Both the position numbers and the translations under genes were made by a program. This document shows positions 28,384 to 38,834 of a DNA stretch of 64,000 nucleotides, one piece after another. Each line of letters opens with the position of its first letter. The first letter of the stretch is position 1. Source of the stretch: an uncultured Bacilli bacterium (GTDB taxonomy: Bacteria > Bacillota_I > Bacilli_A > RF39 > UBA660); NCBI GenBank assembly GCA_934101595.1, contig CAKORR010000003.1, positions 105,748 through 169,747 of the forward strand. Reading direction: 5' to 3'. Under the pieces are notes generated by a model. It saw only the letters and a list, made by a program, of their open reading frames with translations. It was not told where the DNA came from and made no database searches.

Positions 28384-29565
28384 CTAATTAGCGTAAACCA
28401 CGGTAGCGTTTCCTGACCAATTGGCTCCAAGCTCTAGAGCCTCACTATTTCCTTTATTAATTATTATTTTTTTCAAGCCAGGATTATTGTTAAATGCATT
28501 ATCTCCAATTTTAGTTACACTACTTGGAATTGTTACTTCCGTTAAATTATTATTTTCAAAAGCACTTTCTGAAATCTCTAAAAGTCCTTCTTTTAATTCT
28601 AGATGATCTATTCTATTATCGCTAAAAGCATAAGCACTTATATTTTTAACATTCTTACTAATGTGAACATTTCTAAGTCCTGATTTATAAAATGCATATT
28701 CAGAAATCTCGTTAACCGACTCTGGTATTACAATTGATGATAATCCACCATAATTTTCAGTTACTTGATAACTAAATGCATAGGATGAAATACTTGCTAT
28801 ACCATTTTCAATAATCACGTTATCTAATTTACTATTTCTAAAAGCGTCCGTGCCTATTTTAAGAACCGGCACACTCTGGATAGTAGATGGAATATATACA
28901 CTTTTTTTCTGAGCTAAATTTGCTCCAGTAATTGTATTTGTAGATTGATCAAAATTAAATAAACTATTATCAATTGAACTCTTACTAATTGTATTTATAG
29001 CATTAACAACAATTTGAGCTCTAAATATTTTATTTTGCTCAGTAATAGGTGAATTTTCCCTAATCCATAATCTTAAAGTATGCGTATTTGTTTCATGAGC
29101 TGGTACTAATAAAGTAGTAATGTCTTTTCCTGTTACATTACCATTGCTTCGTGATGTAACTGTATTAAAAGAAGCATAATTATTTATAAATGTATTATCT
29201 ATTGATACCATAACATTTTCATGATTAAGATAACTTTCTCCTTCATTTTCAATAGCATCCAACCCTATTGTATAGTATAAATCCTTATCACAAGTATTAG
29301 TTAATGAAAATGAATAACCATCAAGTAGTGGCGATAATGAGGTTTGACTAGGCCAAACATTAGTAAGTTTAATAGCATTCGTATTTTCAGTATAAGTTAA
29401 ATTTAAACATGCTGAAATCATTTTATTTACATCTTCTTGGGTTTTTGTAATTTGCCAAAAACTATATGTACTTAAAAATACTACACTTATAAGTAAACCA
29501 ATAATTGCCACAACAGCGAGAAATGATTGAACTTTACTTTTTTTACGTTCTTTATTGTTGTTCAC
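28384..29565 (-). CDS. Membrane-anchored BspA-type leucine-rich repeat (LRR_5) surface protein
   Basis: N-terminal TM. C-terminal repeats of type I(P/E)xSVxxIgxxAFxxxxL (IPSTIQSVPVLKIGTDAFRNSKL, IPESVNEISEYAFYKSGL and others). Confidence 0.7.
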   Translation of the reverse strand: MNNNKERKKSKVQSFLAVVAIIGLLISVVFLSTYSFWQITKTQEDVNKMISACLNLTYTENTNAIKLTNVWPSQTSLSPLLDGYSFSLTNTCDKDLYYTIGLDAIENEGESYLNHENVMVSIDNTFINNYASFNTVTSRSNGNVTGKDITTLLVPAHETNTHTLRLWIRENSPITEQNKIFRAQIVVNAINTISKSSIDNSLFNFDQSTNTITGANLAQKKSVYIPSTIQSVPVLKIGTDAFRNSKLDNVIIENGIASISSYAFSYQVTENYGGLSSIVIPESVNEISEYAFYKSGLRNVHISKNVKNISAYAFSDNRIDHLELKEGLLEISESAFENNNLTEVTIPSSVTKIGDNAFNNNPGLKKIIINKGNSEALELGANWSGNATVVYAN

Positions 29566-29634
29566 ATTATCACCTACTCTAAATAGATTATATAATTTAT
29601 GGCAAAATAAATCAAGAAATTTAGTTTAGCAATT

Positions 29635-30957
29635 TTACTCATTATGCTTTTTCATTGATTTAAATATTTTCTTCCAAAGATTACTTGATGAATAATTTAA
29701 AATTCCTTCTTTATATATTCTTAAACCAAATATATACACAAAAACTAAAAACAAAATACTAATAATTGTTGATAATATTAATTCTAAAATATGCATGTTG
29801 CCAAGTAAATATAAAGAAGGTGCAACCATAAATGATAGCATTGGAATATATGCCACAATTTTTATAAACAACGAACCATCAAACACAGCACCCATTAAAG
29901 CCAAATAATATCCTGCAACCATAATTAACATTAATGGTGTTTGTAATTGTTGATAATCTTCTATTGAGGTTGTCATAGATGCTAAGACTGAGGCCAAAAT
30001 AGAATAAGTCAAAAATGCGGTAAAAATTAAAGCTAAAATAATTGGTAAAACAATTAAAAAATTGCTTATTACACCACTATTTCTAAATAAATTAATAACA
30101 TCATTTAAAGAAGAAGCTATCTCATTAGGAAGTAGAACACTTCCTCCTATTTTATTAAGAATTAACCTTATAATTATTCCTATAAATGCATATGAAAGAA
30201 TCAAGCCTCCTTGAATCAAAACATATTTTAACGAAGCTTTTATTTTTGAAATAAAGTGATATTTTACAGGAACACTTGAAATTATTATTTCCATTCCTCT
30301 TGTTGTTTTCTCATCATTAATTTCAGCACCTATCATTTGTACTAATAACACAATTAAAATAAATATAGGTACTATAAATATCGTAATAATACCACTCGCC
30401 ACTAAATCCTTGGCATTTTCACCTTTTGCCTTAGGATTTTTAATCTCGTTTTCTAATCCAATATCAGTCTGTAAACTTCTAATTTGCTCTTCTGTTAAGG
30501 CGCCATCCTTAATTAGTTTTAAATATTTAACATTATTTAATGAACTTTTAAGTAGCTGCGTTTCTATAGTACTTAGTGGATTAAAAGAATATACGGTGGC
30601 ATTTATAATATTAGAATTTGAAACAGAAACATTTAAAACATATGTATTATCATTTAAATTATTTATTAATTCATCAGTCTTTTTATTAGTTTTTTTCATT
30701 TCATATTTACCAATATCTTTTATATACTCGGCATTTTTAGAAAAACTACTTTCTAATTCATCATAAATATTAGCATCTGAAACAATAAAAATAGTTTTTT
30801 GTTTATTGAAATTACCACCAAAGGCATTTATTATTCTATCGACATTTATAATTCCAACTATTAAAACAGCTAAAATAATATTAACAACTTTAAACCACTT
30901 AGTTTTTATTTTTTTATTTAAACTTTGCTCTGTCAAATAATTTAATTTATTTTTCAT
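29635..30957 (-). CDS. ABC-2 type transporter permease
   Basis: N-terminal TM, a large extracytoplasmic loop and a C-terminal cluster of 5 TMs. Start ATG 30957 after GGAGGA, overlapping the ATPase gene. Confidence 0.7.
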   Translation of the reverse strand: MKNKLNYLTEQSLNKKIKTKWFKVVNIILAVLIVGIINVDRIINAFGGNFNKQKTIFIVSDANIYDELESSFSKNAEYIKDIGKYEMKKTNKKTDELINNLNDNTYVLNVSVSNSNIINATVYSFNPLSTIETQLLKSSLNNVKYLKLIKDGALTEEQIRSLQTDIGLENEIKNPKAKGENAKDLVASGIITIFIVPIFILIVLLVQMIGAEINDEKTTRGMEIIISSVPVKYHFISKIKASLKYVLIQGGLILSYAFIGIIIRLILNKIGGSVLLPNEIASSLNDVINLFRNSGVISNFLIVLPIILALIFTAFLTYSILASVLASMTTSIEDYQQLQTPLMLIMVAGYYLALMGAVFDGSLFIKIVAYIPMLSFMVAPSLYLLGNMHILELILSTIISILFLVFVYIFGLRIYKEGILNYSSSNLWKKIFKSMKKHNE

Positions 30958-31846
30958 ATTTTCCTCCAACTTTATCTAAAAATATTTCATTTAAGCTGGC
31001 ATCTTCAACACTAAACTTTGTAACATCACTGCATGTCTTTAAATATTCAAAAACATTATTTTTACTATTAAATTTATCTATTTTAACCTTGTATTCATCA
31101 TTTGTTTTTTCAACTTCTAATACACCAGGAATTTGTTTTAGTTCATTTTCTTTAACTGAAGCTTTTATAAAAATATTTTTCTTTTCATATTCTTTTTTTA
31201 TTTCTTCCAAAGATCCTTTTAGGACACTTTCGCCATTAACTAAAACTACTAATTTTTCACAAAACATTTCGACATGTTCCATACGATGAGATGAAAATAT
31301 TATTATCGTTTTTTTATTTTTTAATTCTCTAATTACTTCCATTATTTCCGCCACATTTATCGGATCCAAACCAGAAAATGGTTCATCTAGTATTAGTAAT
31401 TTAGGATTATGAATAATGGCAGTTATAAATTGTACCTTTTGTTGATTACCTTTACTTAATTCTTTTATTTTCTTGTTTTCGTAAGAAGAAATACCAAATC
31501 TATTTAGCCAATATTTTAGTCGCTTTAAGATTGTTTTCTCATCCATGCCTTTTAAAGTGGCATAATAAAGTATTTGTTCTTTCACGGTCATTTTAACAAG
31601 TAAACTTCTTTCTTCGGTTAAGAACCCTATTTTATCGGTTACGCTATAATCAATCTTTTTGCCATCCAAAGTTATTGTGCCACTATCTCTACTTAAAAGA
31701 CCTAAAATCATCCGAAAAGTAGTTGTTTTACCTGCCCCATTAACTCCAAGAAGGCCAAATATTTCGCCTTCCTTCACTGAGAAAGATAAATTATGAACAG
31801 CCCTAAAATCTCCATAATATTTTGTAACATTATCAACTTTTAACAT
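30947..31846 (-). CDS. ABC transporter ATP-binding protein (NatA/YhaQ-like)
   Basis: GVNGAGKTT, LSKGNQQKV and LILDEPFSGLD motifs. Confidence 0.9.
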   Translation of the reverse strand: MLKVDNVTKYYGDFRAVHNLSFSVKEGEIFGLLGVNGAGKTTTFRMILGLLSRDSGTITLDGKKIDYSVTDKIGFLTEERSLLVKMTVKEQILYYATLKGMDEKTILKRLKYWLNRFGISSYENKKIKELSKGNQQKVQFITAIIHNPKLLILDEPFSGLDPINVAEIMEVIRELKNKKTIIIFSSHRMEHVEMFCEKLVVLVNGESVLKGSLEEIKKEYEKKNIFIKASVKENELKQIPGVLEVEKTNDEYKVKIDKFNSKNNVFEYLKTCSDVTKFSVEDASLNEIFLDKVGGKYEK

Positions 31847-31854
31847 ATTATCAC

Positions 31855-32739
31855 CTAGTCAATGCTTATTAATTCATAATCTCTATTTCCTAAATTGTAT
31901 AACGCCGCTTGCTCTACCGTGTGAATAGCATGCCTACTATCCATTCTCTCTACCAATGATGCTTTTTTTTCGTCTTTAGAATTTTTTACGGCGTCATAAC
32001 ATGCTTGGTCAATACTTACAGGATCAAGCGAAGCAAATATCCCAATATCTTTCATTTCTGGATCAGCAGGATTACTGATACAATCGCAATCTATTGATAA
32101 ATTGTTAGCAACATTTATATATACTATATTTTCTTTTTTTACATAATCTATAATACTTTTACAAGCATCAGCCATGCTTTCTAAAAAGTCATCTTGTGAA
32201 GGTAGAGAAGCCCAGCATTCTTTTTGATTAATTGTTTTTCCAGCTGAATGAATATTTAACTTTCCATGATGAGAAGCAAGACCTATACTCATATTTTTTA
32301 AAGCACCGCCAAAGCCACCCATGGCATGACCTTTGAAATGCGAAAGCATCAATATCGAGTCATAGTTTTTCAAATGTTCTCCGACAATATTTTCTTTTAG
32401 ATGAGCACCACCAACCACAGGGATACTAAACTCAGCAAATTCGTCTAATATATCACATGGAAAATTGTCTTTAAATCCATGCTCTTTAATAACCTGCCAA
32501 TGATCTTTAGGCTCTTGCCTTTTTCCGCCATAGGCTGTTGAGCACTCAATTATAGTTCCATCAAGCTTGTTTACTAAATCTTTAATAAGGAGTGGATCTA
32601 AGAAATTATGACCACCTTTTTCTCCAGTAGAAATTTTAACCCCTATTTTTCCTTTAAGAGAAGCATTTAATGCTTCATAAATTTTTACTAAGCTAGCACT
32701 TGAAATTTCTTTTGTAAAATATACTTTTGATTTTTCCAT
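31855..32739 (-). CDS. DUF362 domain protein (COG2006)
   Basis: MLSHFKGHAMGGFGGALKNMSIGLASHHGK core, typical of DUF362. Confidence 0.65.
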   Translation of the reverse strand: MEKSKVYFTKEISSASLVKIYEALNASLKGKIGVKISTGEKGGHNFLDPLLIKDLVNKLDGTIIECSTAYGGKRQEPKDHWQVIKEHGFKDNFPCDILDEFAEFSIPVVGGAHLKENIVGEHLKNYDSILMLSHFKGHAMGGFGGALKNMSIGLASHHGKLNIHSAGKTINQKECWASLPSQDDFLESMADACKSIIDYVKKENIVYINVANNLSIDCDCISNPADPEMKDIGIFASLDPVSIDQACYDAVKNSKDEKKASLVERMDSRHAIHTVEQAALYNLGNRDYELISID

Positions 32740-32755
32740 ATATTATTTATCCTTT

Positions 32756-33403
32756 CTAAATTTCAAACATATTTAAAAATACCTTAGGCACTTTGGCTTC
32801 TAAAACTAATTCTTTTTTAGTAATTGGATGTTTAATAATTAATTTATTAGCGTGCAATCCCATTCTATTTAATGGATTAGTCTTACTCTTATATTTTTTA
32901 TCTCCGACTATTGGATGCTTTATATCACTTAGCTGAACTCTAATTTGATTTTTTCGCCCTGTTAAAATATTTATTTTCAATAAGGAATACTTTTTATTAT
33001 TATCTAAAACTTCATAATTCGTAATTGCTAATTTTCCATTTTTTGACTTCGTTGAATAAACATTTAACGTTTTAGACTCTGCTAAATATGACTTCAAAGT
33101 TCCACTTTTTTTTACTATACCTTCTACAATGGCAATATATTCACGATAATAACTATTCCAGTTATCTTGTAAATAATTTTTTGCTTTTTCATCTTTGGCA
33201 AATACTACAATTCCCGAGGTATCCTTATCAAGACGATGAACTATAAATATTTTATTACTAGGGTTTTGCTTTTTTACATATTCTCTAGCCTCATGGTATA
33301 ACGTGTTTAATTCTTTTTTAGGCGTTGCGATCGTAAGCTTCTTTGCAGGTTTATTTACGACTAACAATGTCTTATCCTCATAAATAATATTCATTTTTTT
33401 CAT
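32756..33403 (-). CDS. RluA-family pseudouridine synthase
   Basis: HRLDKDTSG catalytic motif and GRKNQIRVQL. Start ATG 33403 after GGAGGA. Confidence 0.85.
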   Translation of the reverse strand: MKKMNIIYEDKTLLVVNKPAKKLTIATPKKELNTLYHEAREYVKKQNPSNKIFIVHRLDKDTSGIVVFAKDEKAKNYLQDNWNSYYREYIAIVEGIVKKSGTLKSYLAESKTLNVYSTKSKNGKLAITNYEVLDNNKKYSLLKINILTGRKNQIRVQLSDIKHPIVGDKKYKSKTNPLNRMGLHANKLIIKHPITKKELVLEAKVPKVFLNMFEI

Positions 33404-33465
33404 AAAGTCCTCCATGCTTAGTAATTTGGTTTAATAACTATATATAGTTTACCATTAAATTCCAG

Positions 33466-33494
33466 TTGCGACCACCATTATTTTGAGCTATAAT
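33466..33494 (+). promoter_or_regulatory. Promoter of the Y-family polymerase operon
   Basis: TTGCGA (33466-33471), 17-nt spacer, TATAAT (33489-33494). Confidence 0.6.
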
Positions 33495-33500
33495 TTTATT

Positions 33501-33512
33501 GAACGTATGTTC
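33501..33512. promoter_or_regulatory. LexA (Cheo/SOS) box
   Basis: GAACGTATGTTC matches the Gram-positive consensus GAAC-N4-GTTC. It lies 6 nt after the -10 and 12 nt before the start codon. Confidence 0.8.
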
Positions 33513-33523
33513 GGAGGTGGATT

Positions 33524-34789
33524 ATGAATAACGTGTTTATGAATAGAAATTTTTTATGTATTGATTTAAAAAGCTTTTTCGCGTCATGTGAGTGTATTGA
33601 TAGAAAACTAGATCCATTTGCTACTCCTTTAGTGGTAGCCAACAAAAATCAAGGAAATGGCGCTATTACTCTAGCAGTTACGCCATACTTAAAAAGCAAA
33701 GGCGTAAAATCAAGAGGAAGACTATATGAAATACCTAAAAATATAAAATATATAATTGCTAACCCTAGAATGAACTTATACATAAAAAAAAGCAAAGAAG
33801 TTGTAAAAATATATCTTAATTTTGTAGCGGAAGAAGATTTACATATCTACTCTATAGACGAATGTTTTTTAGACGTTACCAATTATTTAAAAATGTATAA
33901 AAAAAGTGATTATGAATTAGCCTTAGAAATTTTAAATACTATCAAAGAAAAAACAGGGCTTACCGCAACATGTGGAATTGGTCCTAATATGCTTCTTGCT
34001 AAAGTTGCTATGGATATCGAAGCAAAACATAACAGTGATTGCATAGCCAAATGGACATATGATGATATTCCTGAAAAATTATGGACAATCTCTCCTCTTA
34101 GTAAAATGTGGGGCATTGGACCAAATATGGAAAAACGTTTAAATGCTATTAATATATATTCCATAAAAGATTTGGCAAATTATAATCCCAATAAATTGAA
34201 AGATAAATTTGGCATCATGGGAAAAGAACTTTGGAATCATGCTAATGGCATAGATTTATCAAGAATAAATGACTTTAAAATATCTCCCAAAGAAAGTTCT
34301 TATAGTCATAGTCAAATATTATTTAAAGATTATGATGAGACTAATGTTAAAATAATAATTAGTGAAATGGTAGAAGTAATAACTGAAAGACTTCGTAGAA
34401 ATCACAAGCAATCTAGTGTCATTGGCTTTGGCATTGGATACTCTAAATCAGTTGGTGGAGGATTTTATCATACTGTAAAATTAGATAATCCAACTGATGC
34501 CGATAAAATTATTAAAGATACTTGCTATATGATATTTGATCGCTTTTACTCCTACTTGCCTATTAGAAAAGTTAGTGTATCTTGTGGAGGGCTATCTTTA
34601 AAGACTGGTATTCAACTAAATATATTTGATTCCTTCGATGAAATATCAAAAACAGATGAATTAAATGCAACAATTGATCAAATAAAAGACAAATTCGGTA
34701 AAAATAGTCTTTTAAAAGCATCAAATTTACTTAAAGATTCAACGGCTATAATGCGTAATAATAAAATAGGTGGTCATAATGCAAATTGA
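33524..34789 (+). CDS. Y-family DNA polymerase (UvrX/YqjW/UmuC-like)
   Basis: FLCIDLKSFFASCE, SIDECFLD and GIGPNM motifs. Confidence 0.85.
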   Translation: MNNVFMNRNFLCIDLKSFFASCECIDRKLDPFATPLVVANKNQGNGAITLAVTPYLKSKGVKSRGRLYEIPKNIKYIIANPRMNLYIKKSKEVVKIYLNFVAEEDLHIYSIDECFLDVTNYLKMYKKSDYELALEILNTIKEKTGLTATCGIGPNMLLAKVAMDIEAKHNSDCIAKWTYDDIPEKLWTISPLSKMWGIGPNMEKRLNAINIYSIKDLANYNPNKLKDKFGIMGKELWNHANGIDLSRINDFKISPKESSYSHSQILFKDYDETNVKIIISEMVEVITERLRRNHKQSSVIGFGIGYSKSVGGGFYHTVKLDNPTDADKIIKDTCYMIFDRFYSYLPIRKVSVSCGGLSLKTGIQLNIFDSFDEISKTDELNATIDQIKDKFGKNSLLKASNLLKDSTAIMRNNKIGGHNAN

Positions 34790-35096
34790 TCGGGGATTTA
34801 TAAAATGGCTACCTTTTAACTCAGTTATTAATCCTAAAGAACTCATAAAAGAAATAAAAAAAGAAAAAAAATATCAATCGCCAATGTTATGCGAAGAAAG
34901 ATTAATTGAAAATGAACACAATCTTTTAAACGCGTATGAGAGTAAAAGCATCATAAAAATAGTTTATTTTAAAAACAATAATTTCTTTAAAGTAACATCC
35001 AAAATTCAACATCTAGATTCCATAAATAAAAAAATAATTTTAGATAATAACTCTAAAATTTATTTTTCCCAAATAATATATACTAATTTTATTTAG
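34779..35096 (+). CDS. YolD-like protein (UmuD functional analogue)
   Basis: IDRGFIKWLPF motif as in YolD. Start ATG 34779 after AGGTGG, overlapping the polymerase stop. Confidence 0.75.
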   Translation: MQIDRGFIKWLPFNSVINPKELIKEIKKEKKYQSPMLCEERLIENEHNLLNAYESKSIIKIVYFKNNNFFKVTSKIQHLDSINKKIILDNNSKIYFSQIIYTNFI

Positions 35097-36060
35097 ATTT
35101 CTTTATTTCACGATATTTTTGTAAGTTTTCAGAAGAATACCCAACTAAAACTTTGTTATTCTTCGCATAAATAATTTCGGCAATTTCATTTAATTTGGAT
35201 TTATCTAAATTAAGCTTATGCCTAACTTGATAAGCTCGTTTTTTATCACATAAAACTACATATTTAGCAGTTGTAATTCCTTTATACTTAAATTCTTGAG
35301 TATAATTCCAAATAATCTCTTCATAGGGAAGTACAACAAGATAACCACTATTTAAAATAGCATACTTGTTAGTCAAATATAGATTATCATTCAAAAATGC
35401 CTTAGTGTCTTTGTCACTAATTTCATCATTCAAAGTTTTAAATCCATATTTTGAAATAACCTTTTTGTATTTTTTAGAGGCTTTAAAATGTTTTATTAAA
35501 AATACTACTCCAGCAACGAAAAAAGCTACACTTGCTAAGAAGATTAATGAAAAATATCCATAATAATCATAGTCTTCATCAAGGTATGAAGAGCCTAAAT
35601 AACTGCTATAATTTTCTAACGTTATTTTTTTCTCATCAGCACCTGAATTTAAGGCCTCAATCGCTAATTTTTTTAAACTATCATTAGTACTTTTTAAATA
35701 TCCTCTTAAATTATAATTAAATTTATCTTTTTCTTTATTATATTGCTTTTCAATTTTCTCATATGTCTCATCACTTAGAGAAACCATATAAGCATAATTG
35801 TTGTTAAAAACAATGTAAAATTTTTCAGAATCATTGCTAGCAAATAAATAAGGAAGACTATTAAAATTAAAATCAACCAACATGTCAGGTTTATCAGCAT
35901 TATCGAGGATTAATTTATCGTAATTATAAGCTTTCAAATTATTTTTATCATACTTAACTGACAATTTATCATAAACCACAAAAAGGATAATCATTATAAC
36001 AAATGAAGCAATGGCAAAAATTAAATTTGCATTGCTCTTTTTTAATATTTTACTACTCAT
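35089..36060 (-). CDS. Hypothetical membrane protein (2 TM)
   Basis: ORF with RBS GGAAGTG. TMs at about residues 13-30 and 170-190. No family recognised. Confidence 0.55.
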   Translation of the reverse strand: MSSKILKKSNANLIFAIASFVIMIILFVVYDKLSVKYDKNNLKAYNYDKLILDNADKPDMLVDFNFNSLPYLFASNDSEKFYIVFNNNYAYMVSLSDETYEKIEKQYNKEKDKFNYNLRGYLKSTNDSLKKLAIEALNSGADEKKITLENYSSYLGSSYLDEDYDYYGYFSLIFLASVAFFVAGVVFLIKHFKASKKYKKVISKYGFKTLNDEISDKDTKAFLNDNLYLTNKYAILNSGYLVVLPYEEIIWNYTQEFKYKGITTAKYVVLCDKKRAYQVRHKLNLDKSKLNEIAEIIYAKNNKVLVGYSSENLQKYREIKKSK

Positions 36061-36075
36061 AACTCACACTTCCTA

Positions 36076-37008
36076 TTAAGCTCTTTTTATATCAAACTCG
36101 TTTTTCCATAGTTTTTTATAAATATCGTCTAATTCATTAATCACTTCTATTTCTTCTTGAGAAGTTTTATATCCAAATGAAGAGAACTCATTATGACTAG
36201 ATAATACTAAATCAATCATTGTTTTGCCAGTACTATCGCCGGTATATCTTGCTTCATAATTTCTGAATTCATCCAAAGCATTATGCTTTTCGGCATAATA
36301 ACATGCTATATCATAAACATTCCACTTATTTTCAACATTTGGGAATTTTTTTAACACTCTAGTGATTTCTTCATAGAATATTTGAATTTTAGTGTCATTC
36401 CAGTTTTTAGATGACCAATGTAAAACATTTAGAGCAGAATTGGCAACATAAGAATTGGCTAATACATAATTTGCTAAATCACTGTCCGACTTATTTATAA
36501 CAGATGCCAAAAATAACAAATGGCCATATTGATCAAAATCATCTTTATTCTTAAATGTAGATACCATCATTTTTTCTAAAGATATTCCATCTAAAATCTT
36601 ATTAACAAGTTGTTCAGCAATAAAAGGAACAATCACTTTATCATGTTTTTCCATTATATTTAAAAACACATTACTCTCAATACCATTTATTTCCTCATCA
36701 AGTAATAACATGGCTTTTTTCTTTAAAGCTAAAGCTTCATATTGATTTTCTATTAAAAAACTTCCCCAATATAAAATATCGAAATGATTAACAATATTTT
36801 CGTTTTTCTCTAAAAACACATTAATAATATGCATAAGAAAATCTTTATCACTCTTAAAAATTTTCATAACCCTTTTAACAAAGTTGTAATCAGCTTTTAA
36901 TTTATCACTACACTTTTCAAATATCTTTTTATCTTTGGTTGCAAATATGTTTTGAATCATAAAATCTGCTACTTCATTTAAATTATAATACATAATAGGA
37001 TCGTCCAT
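36076..37008 (-). CDS. Hypothetical cytoplasmic helical protein
   Basis: 310-aa ORF with GGTGA RBS. No family recognised. Confidence 0.55.
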   Translation of the reverse strand: MDDPIMYYNLNEVADFMIQNIFATKDKKIFEKCSDKLKADYNFVKRVMKIFKSDKDFLMHIINVFLEKNENIVNHFDILYWGSFLIENQYEALALKKKAMLLLDEEINGIESNVFLNIMEKHDKVIVPFIAEQLVNKILDGISLEKMMVSTFKNKDDFDQYGHLLFLASVINKSDSDLANYVLANSYVANSALNVLHWSSKNWNDTKIQIFYEEITRVLKKFPNVENKWNVYDIACYYAEKHNALDEFRNYEARYTGDSTGKTMIDLVLSSHNEFSSFGYKTSQEEIEVINELDDIYKKLWKNEFDIKRA

Positions 37009-37029
37009 AAAATCACCATCTCAATTTTA

Positions 37030-37055
37030 TCATAAAAAAACATTTTATACTAATA
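37030..37055 (-). terminator. Terminator after the TspO gene
   Basis: Minus strand AACATTTTAT-tagt-ATAAAATGTT followed by a T-run. Confidence 0.6.
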
Positions 37056-37060
37056 AAATG

Positions 37061-37495
37061 TTATCTATTCAATAAATATATTGCAACGTTTAAATAAAGA
37101 GCGAATATAAGCCACATTAAGTAAGGTATATTTAATAGTCCTGCTAATTTGTTCTTTTGATAAAATTTATAAATCATCGTTATAACTAAAATTATTAATA
37201 TGCCTATCCATATAGCTGCTAATAACCTTAACTTTAAAAAGAAAAATATAACTGTCCACAAAGAATTGACAACTAGTTGAATAAAATAAATTATAAATGG
37301 TGTATCATCATCCTTTGTAGCTAATGTAACTGTAATAGACATTATAATATAAAGAATTGTCCAGGCAATTGGAAATAGTATTTTAGGGGGATATACATTA
37401 GGTAAAACCAGATTTGAAACATCATTACCTACTAAAAACGATGGTGTTATACCAATTACTATTGTTAAAATTAAAACTAAAACAAATTTTTTCAT
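37061..37495 (-). CDS. tspO: TspO/MBR family tryptophan-rich sensory protein
   Basis: Five-TM 144-aa protein with the PPKILFPIAWTILYIIM and NSLWTVIFF motifs. Confidence 0.75.
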   Translation of the reverse strand: MKKFVLVLILTIVIGITPSFLVGNDVSNLVLPNVYPPKILFPIAWTILYIIMSITVTLATKDDDTPFIIYFIQLVVNSLWTVIFFFLKLRLLAAIWIGILIILVITMIYKFYQKNKLAGLLNIPYLMWLIFALYLNVAIYLLNR

Positions 37496-37552
37496 AACTC
37501 ACCTCTTTTTATAAATATATGTAAAATTTTTAATAATATAAAAAAACTGCAA

Positions 37553-38167
37553 TTATTTATTGCAGTCTGTGCACACATTTAAAGAGTTTTTAACTGACTT
37601 CATATTTTTCTCAAGTCTTTTTTTCAATTTTGTCACTCTTTCTTCTGTCCAATATTCATTAGGATCTTTAATATTTTTGGTATCTTTGGAAGATTCATAA
37701 TCATTAAAAATTAATTTCCCCTCGATATGAAATGAAACATTTGGCACGTAAATTCTTTCATTTCCTTCATCATCATATTGTAAACTACCATTTAGTAATT
37801 TAACCATTTTCTTATAATTTTCGGTATTATTTTCACGATCTTCTAAAATATTATAATAATAAATCTTATCAAGCCCAACTTTATTTGCGACCTCATTAAG
37901 ATATACTACATAACTTTGACACCAAGGGCATTCTGAAAAACCAAGATATACAACGCCAGTTCCATTTTCCATTATTTTAATTATTTCCTCAGCACTCTTA
38001 TAAACAAAAACATTATCATCAGCAACTAATGAGTATTCTTTTTTAAATTTTTCTTTATCACTTAGTTTCTTTTGATCACCATTTTTTTGACCTAAAAAAT
38101 ATGTTATACCACCTGCACAAGCTAGAATAACCACTATTACTAATATTATAATACTTCTTTTTTTCAT
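37553..38167 (-). CDS. Membrane-anchored thioredoxin-fold protein (CPWC)
   Basis: N-terminal TM, then VVYLGFSECPWCQ active-site-like motif. Start ATG 38167 after GAGGT. Confidence 0.6.
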   Translation of the reverse strand: MKKRSIIILVIVVILACAGGITYFLGQKNGDQKKLSDKEKFKKEYSLVADDNVFVYKSAEEIIKIMENGTGVVYLGFSECPWCQSYVVYLNEVANKVGLDKIYYYNILEDRENNTENYKKMVKLLNGSLQYDDEGNERIYVPNVSFHIEGKLIFNDYESSKDTKNIKDPNEYWTEERVTKLKKRLEKNMKSVKNSLNVCTDCNK

Positions 38168-38168
38168 A

Positions 38169-38822
38169 CTATACCTCATATTTTTTTAATTTTCTTGCTT
38201 TGTTTTCATTAGATAAAATACTAGTGGAATTATTTACCAAATGAATTCCATCAATGATTTCTTCATCTTTTAAATAATAGAAATTCATGAAATTTTGGAC
38301 ATTATTATCTGCTTTAGCATATTTTCTCACAAGATGATAAAATTCTTGAAAAGTTAACATATAACTACATTGAAATAGTTCATTTATAATTCCTCTTATA
38401 TCTAATGTAGCCCCTAATAAATCAGCTCTAAAAGATTCGCCACTTTCAAAATAGATATTTAAATTTTTTCCCTTTTCATTTATTATTACTTTGCCTATTG
38501 GCAATTCAAGTAATATACCCAAGCAAAACATATCAATATTTTTTTTATTTGGTTTATCAGGATATAAGCCATCAAACCTATATATATAATTATAATTTTG
38601 AAAACTGTGCTTAACAATCAAAGCATCGTTTAAGATACTATAATTGGAATTTTTGTAAAAATAAAACTCATCATTATTTTCATCTATCGCAAATGCTTTT
38701 TCAATTTGTGCATCATATTCGCTTTTTCCTAAATATAGCTTAATATTCCCATTGAAATTACCTAGCAATTTTATTGCTTTTACAATGTCTTTATTTTCAT
38801 TATTTATATTTTTCATACTCAT
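38169..38822 (-). CDS. Hypothetical protein
   Basis: 217-aa ORF with GGAGGG RBS. No family recognised. Confidence 0.55.
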   Translation of the reverse strand: MSMKNINNENKDIVKAIKLLGNFNGNIKLYLGKSEYDAQIEKAFAIDENNDEFYFYKNSNYSILNDALIVKHSFQNYNYIYRFDGLYPDKPNKKNIDMFCLGILLELPIGKVIINEKGKNLNIYFESGESFRADLLGATLDIRGIINELFQCSYMLTFQEFYHLVRKYAKADNNVQNFMNFYYLKDEEIIDGIHLVNNSTSILSNENKARKLKKYEV

Positions 38823-38834
38823 AAAACCCTCCTT

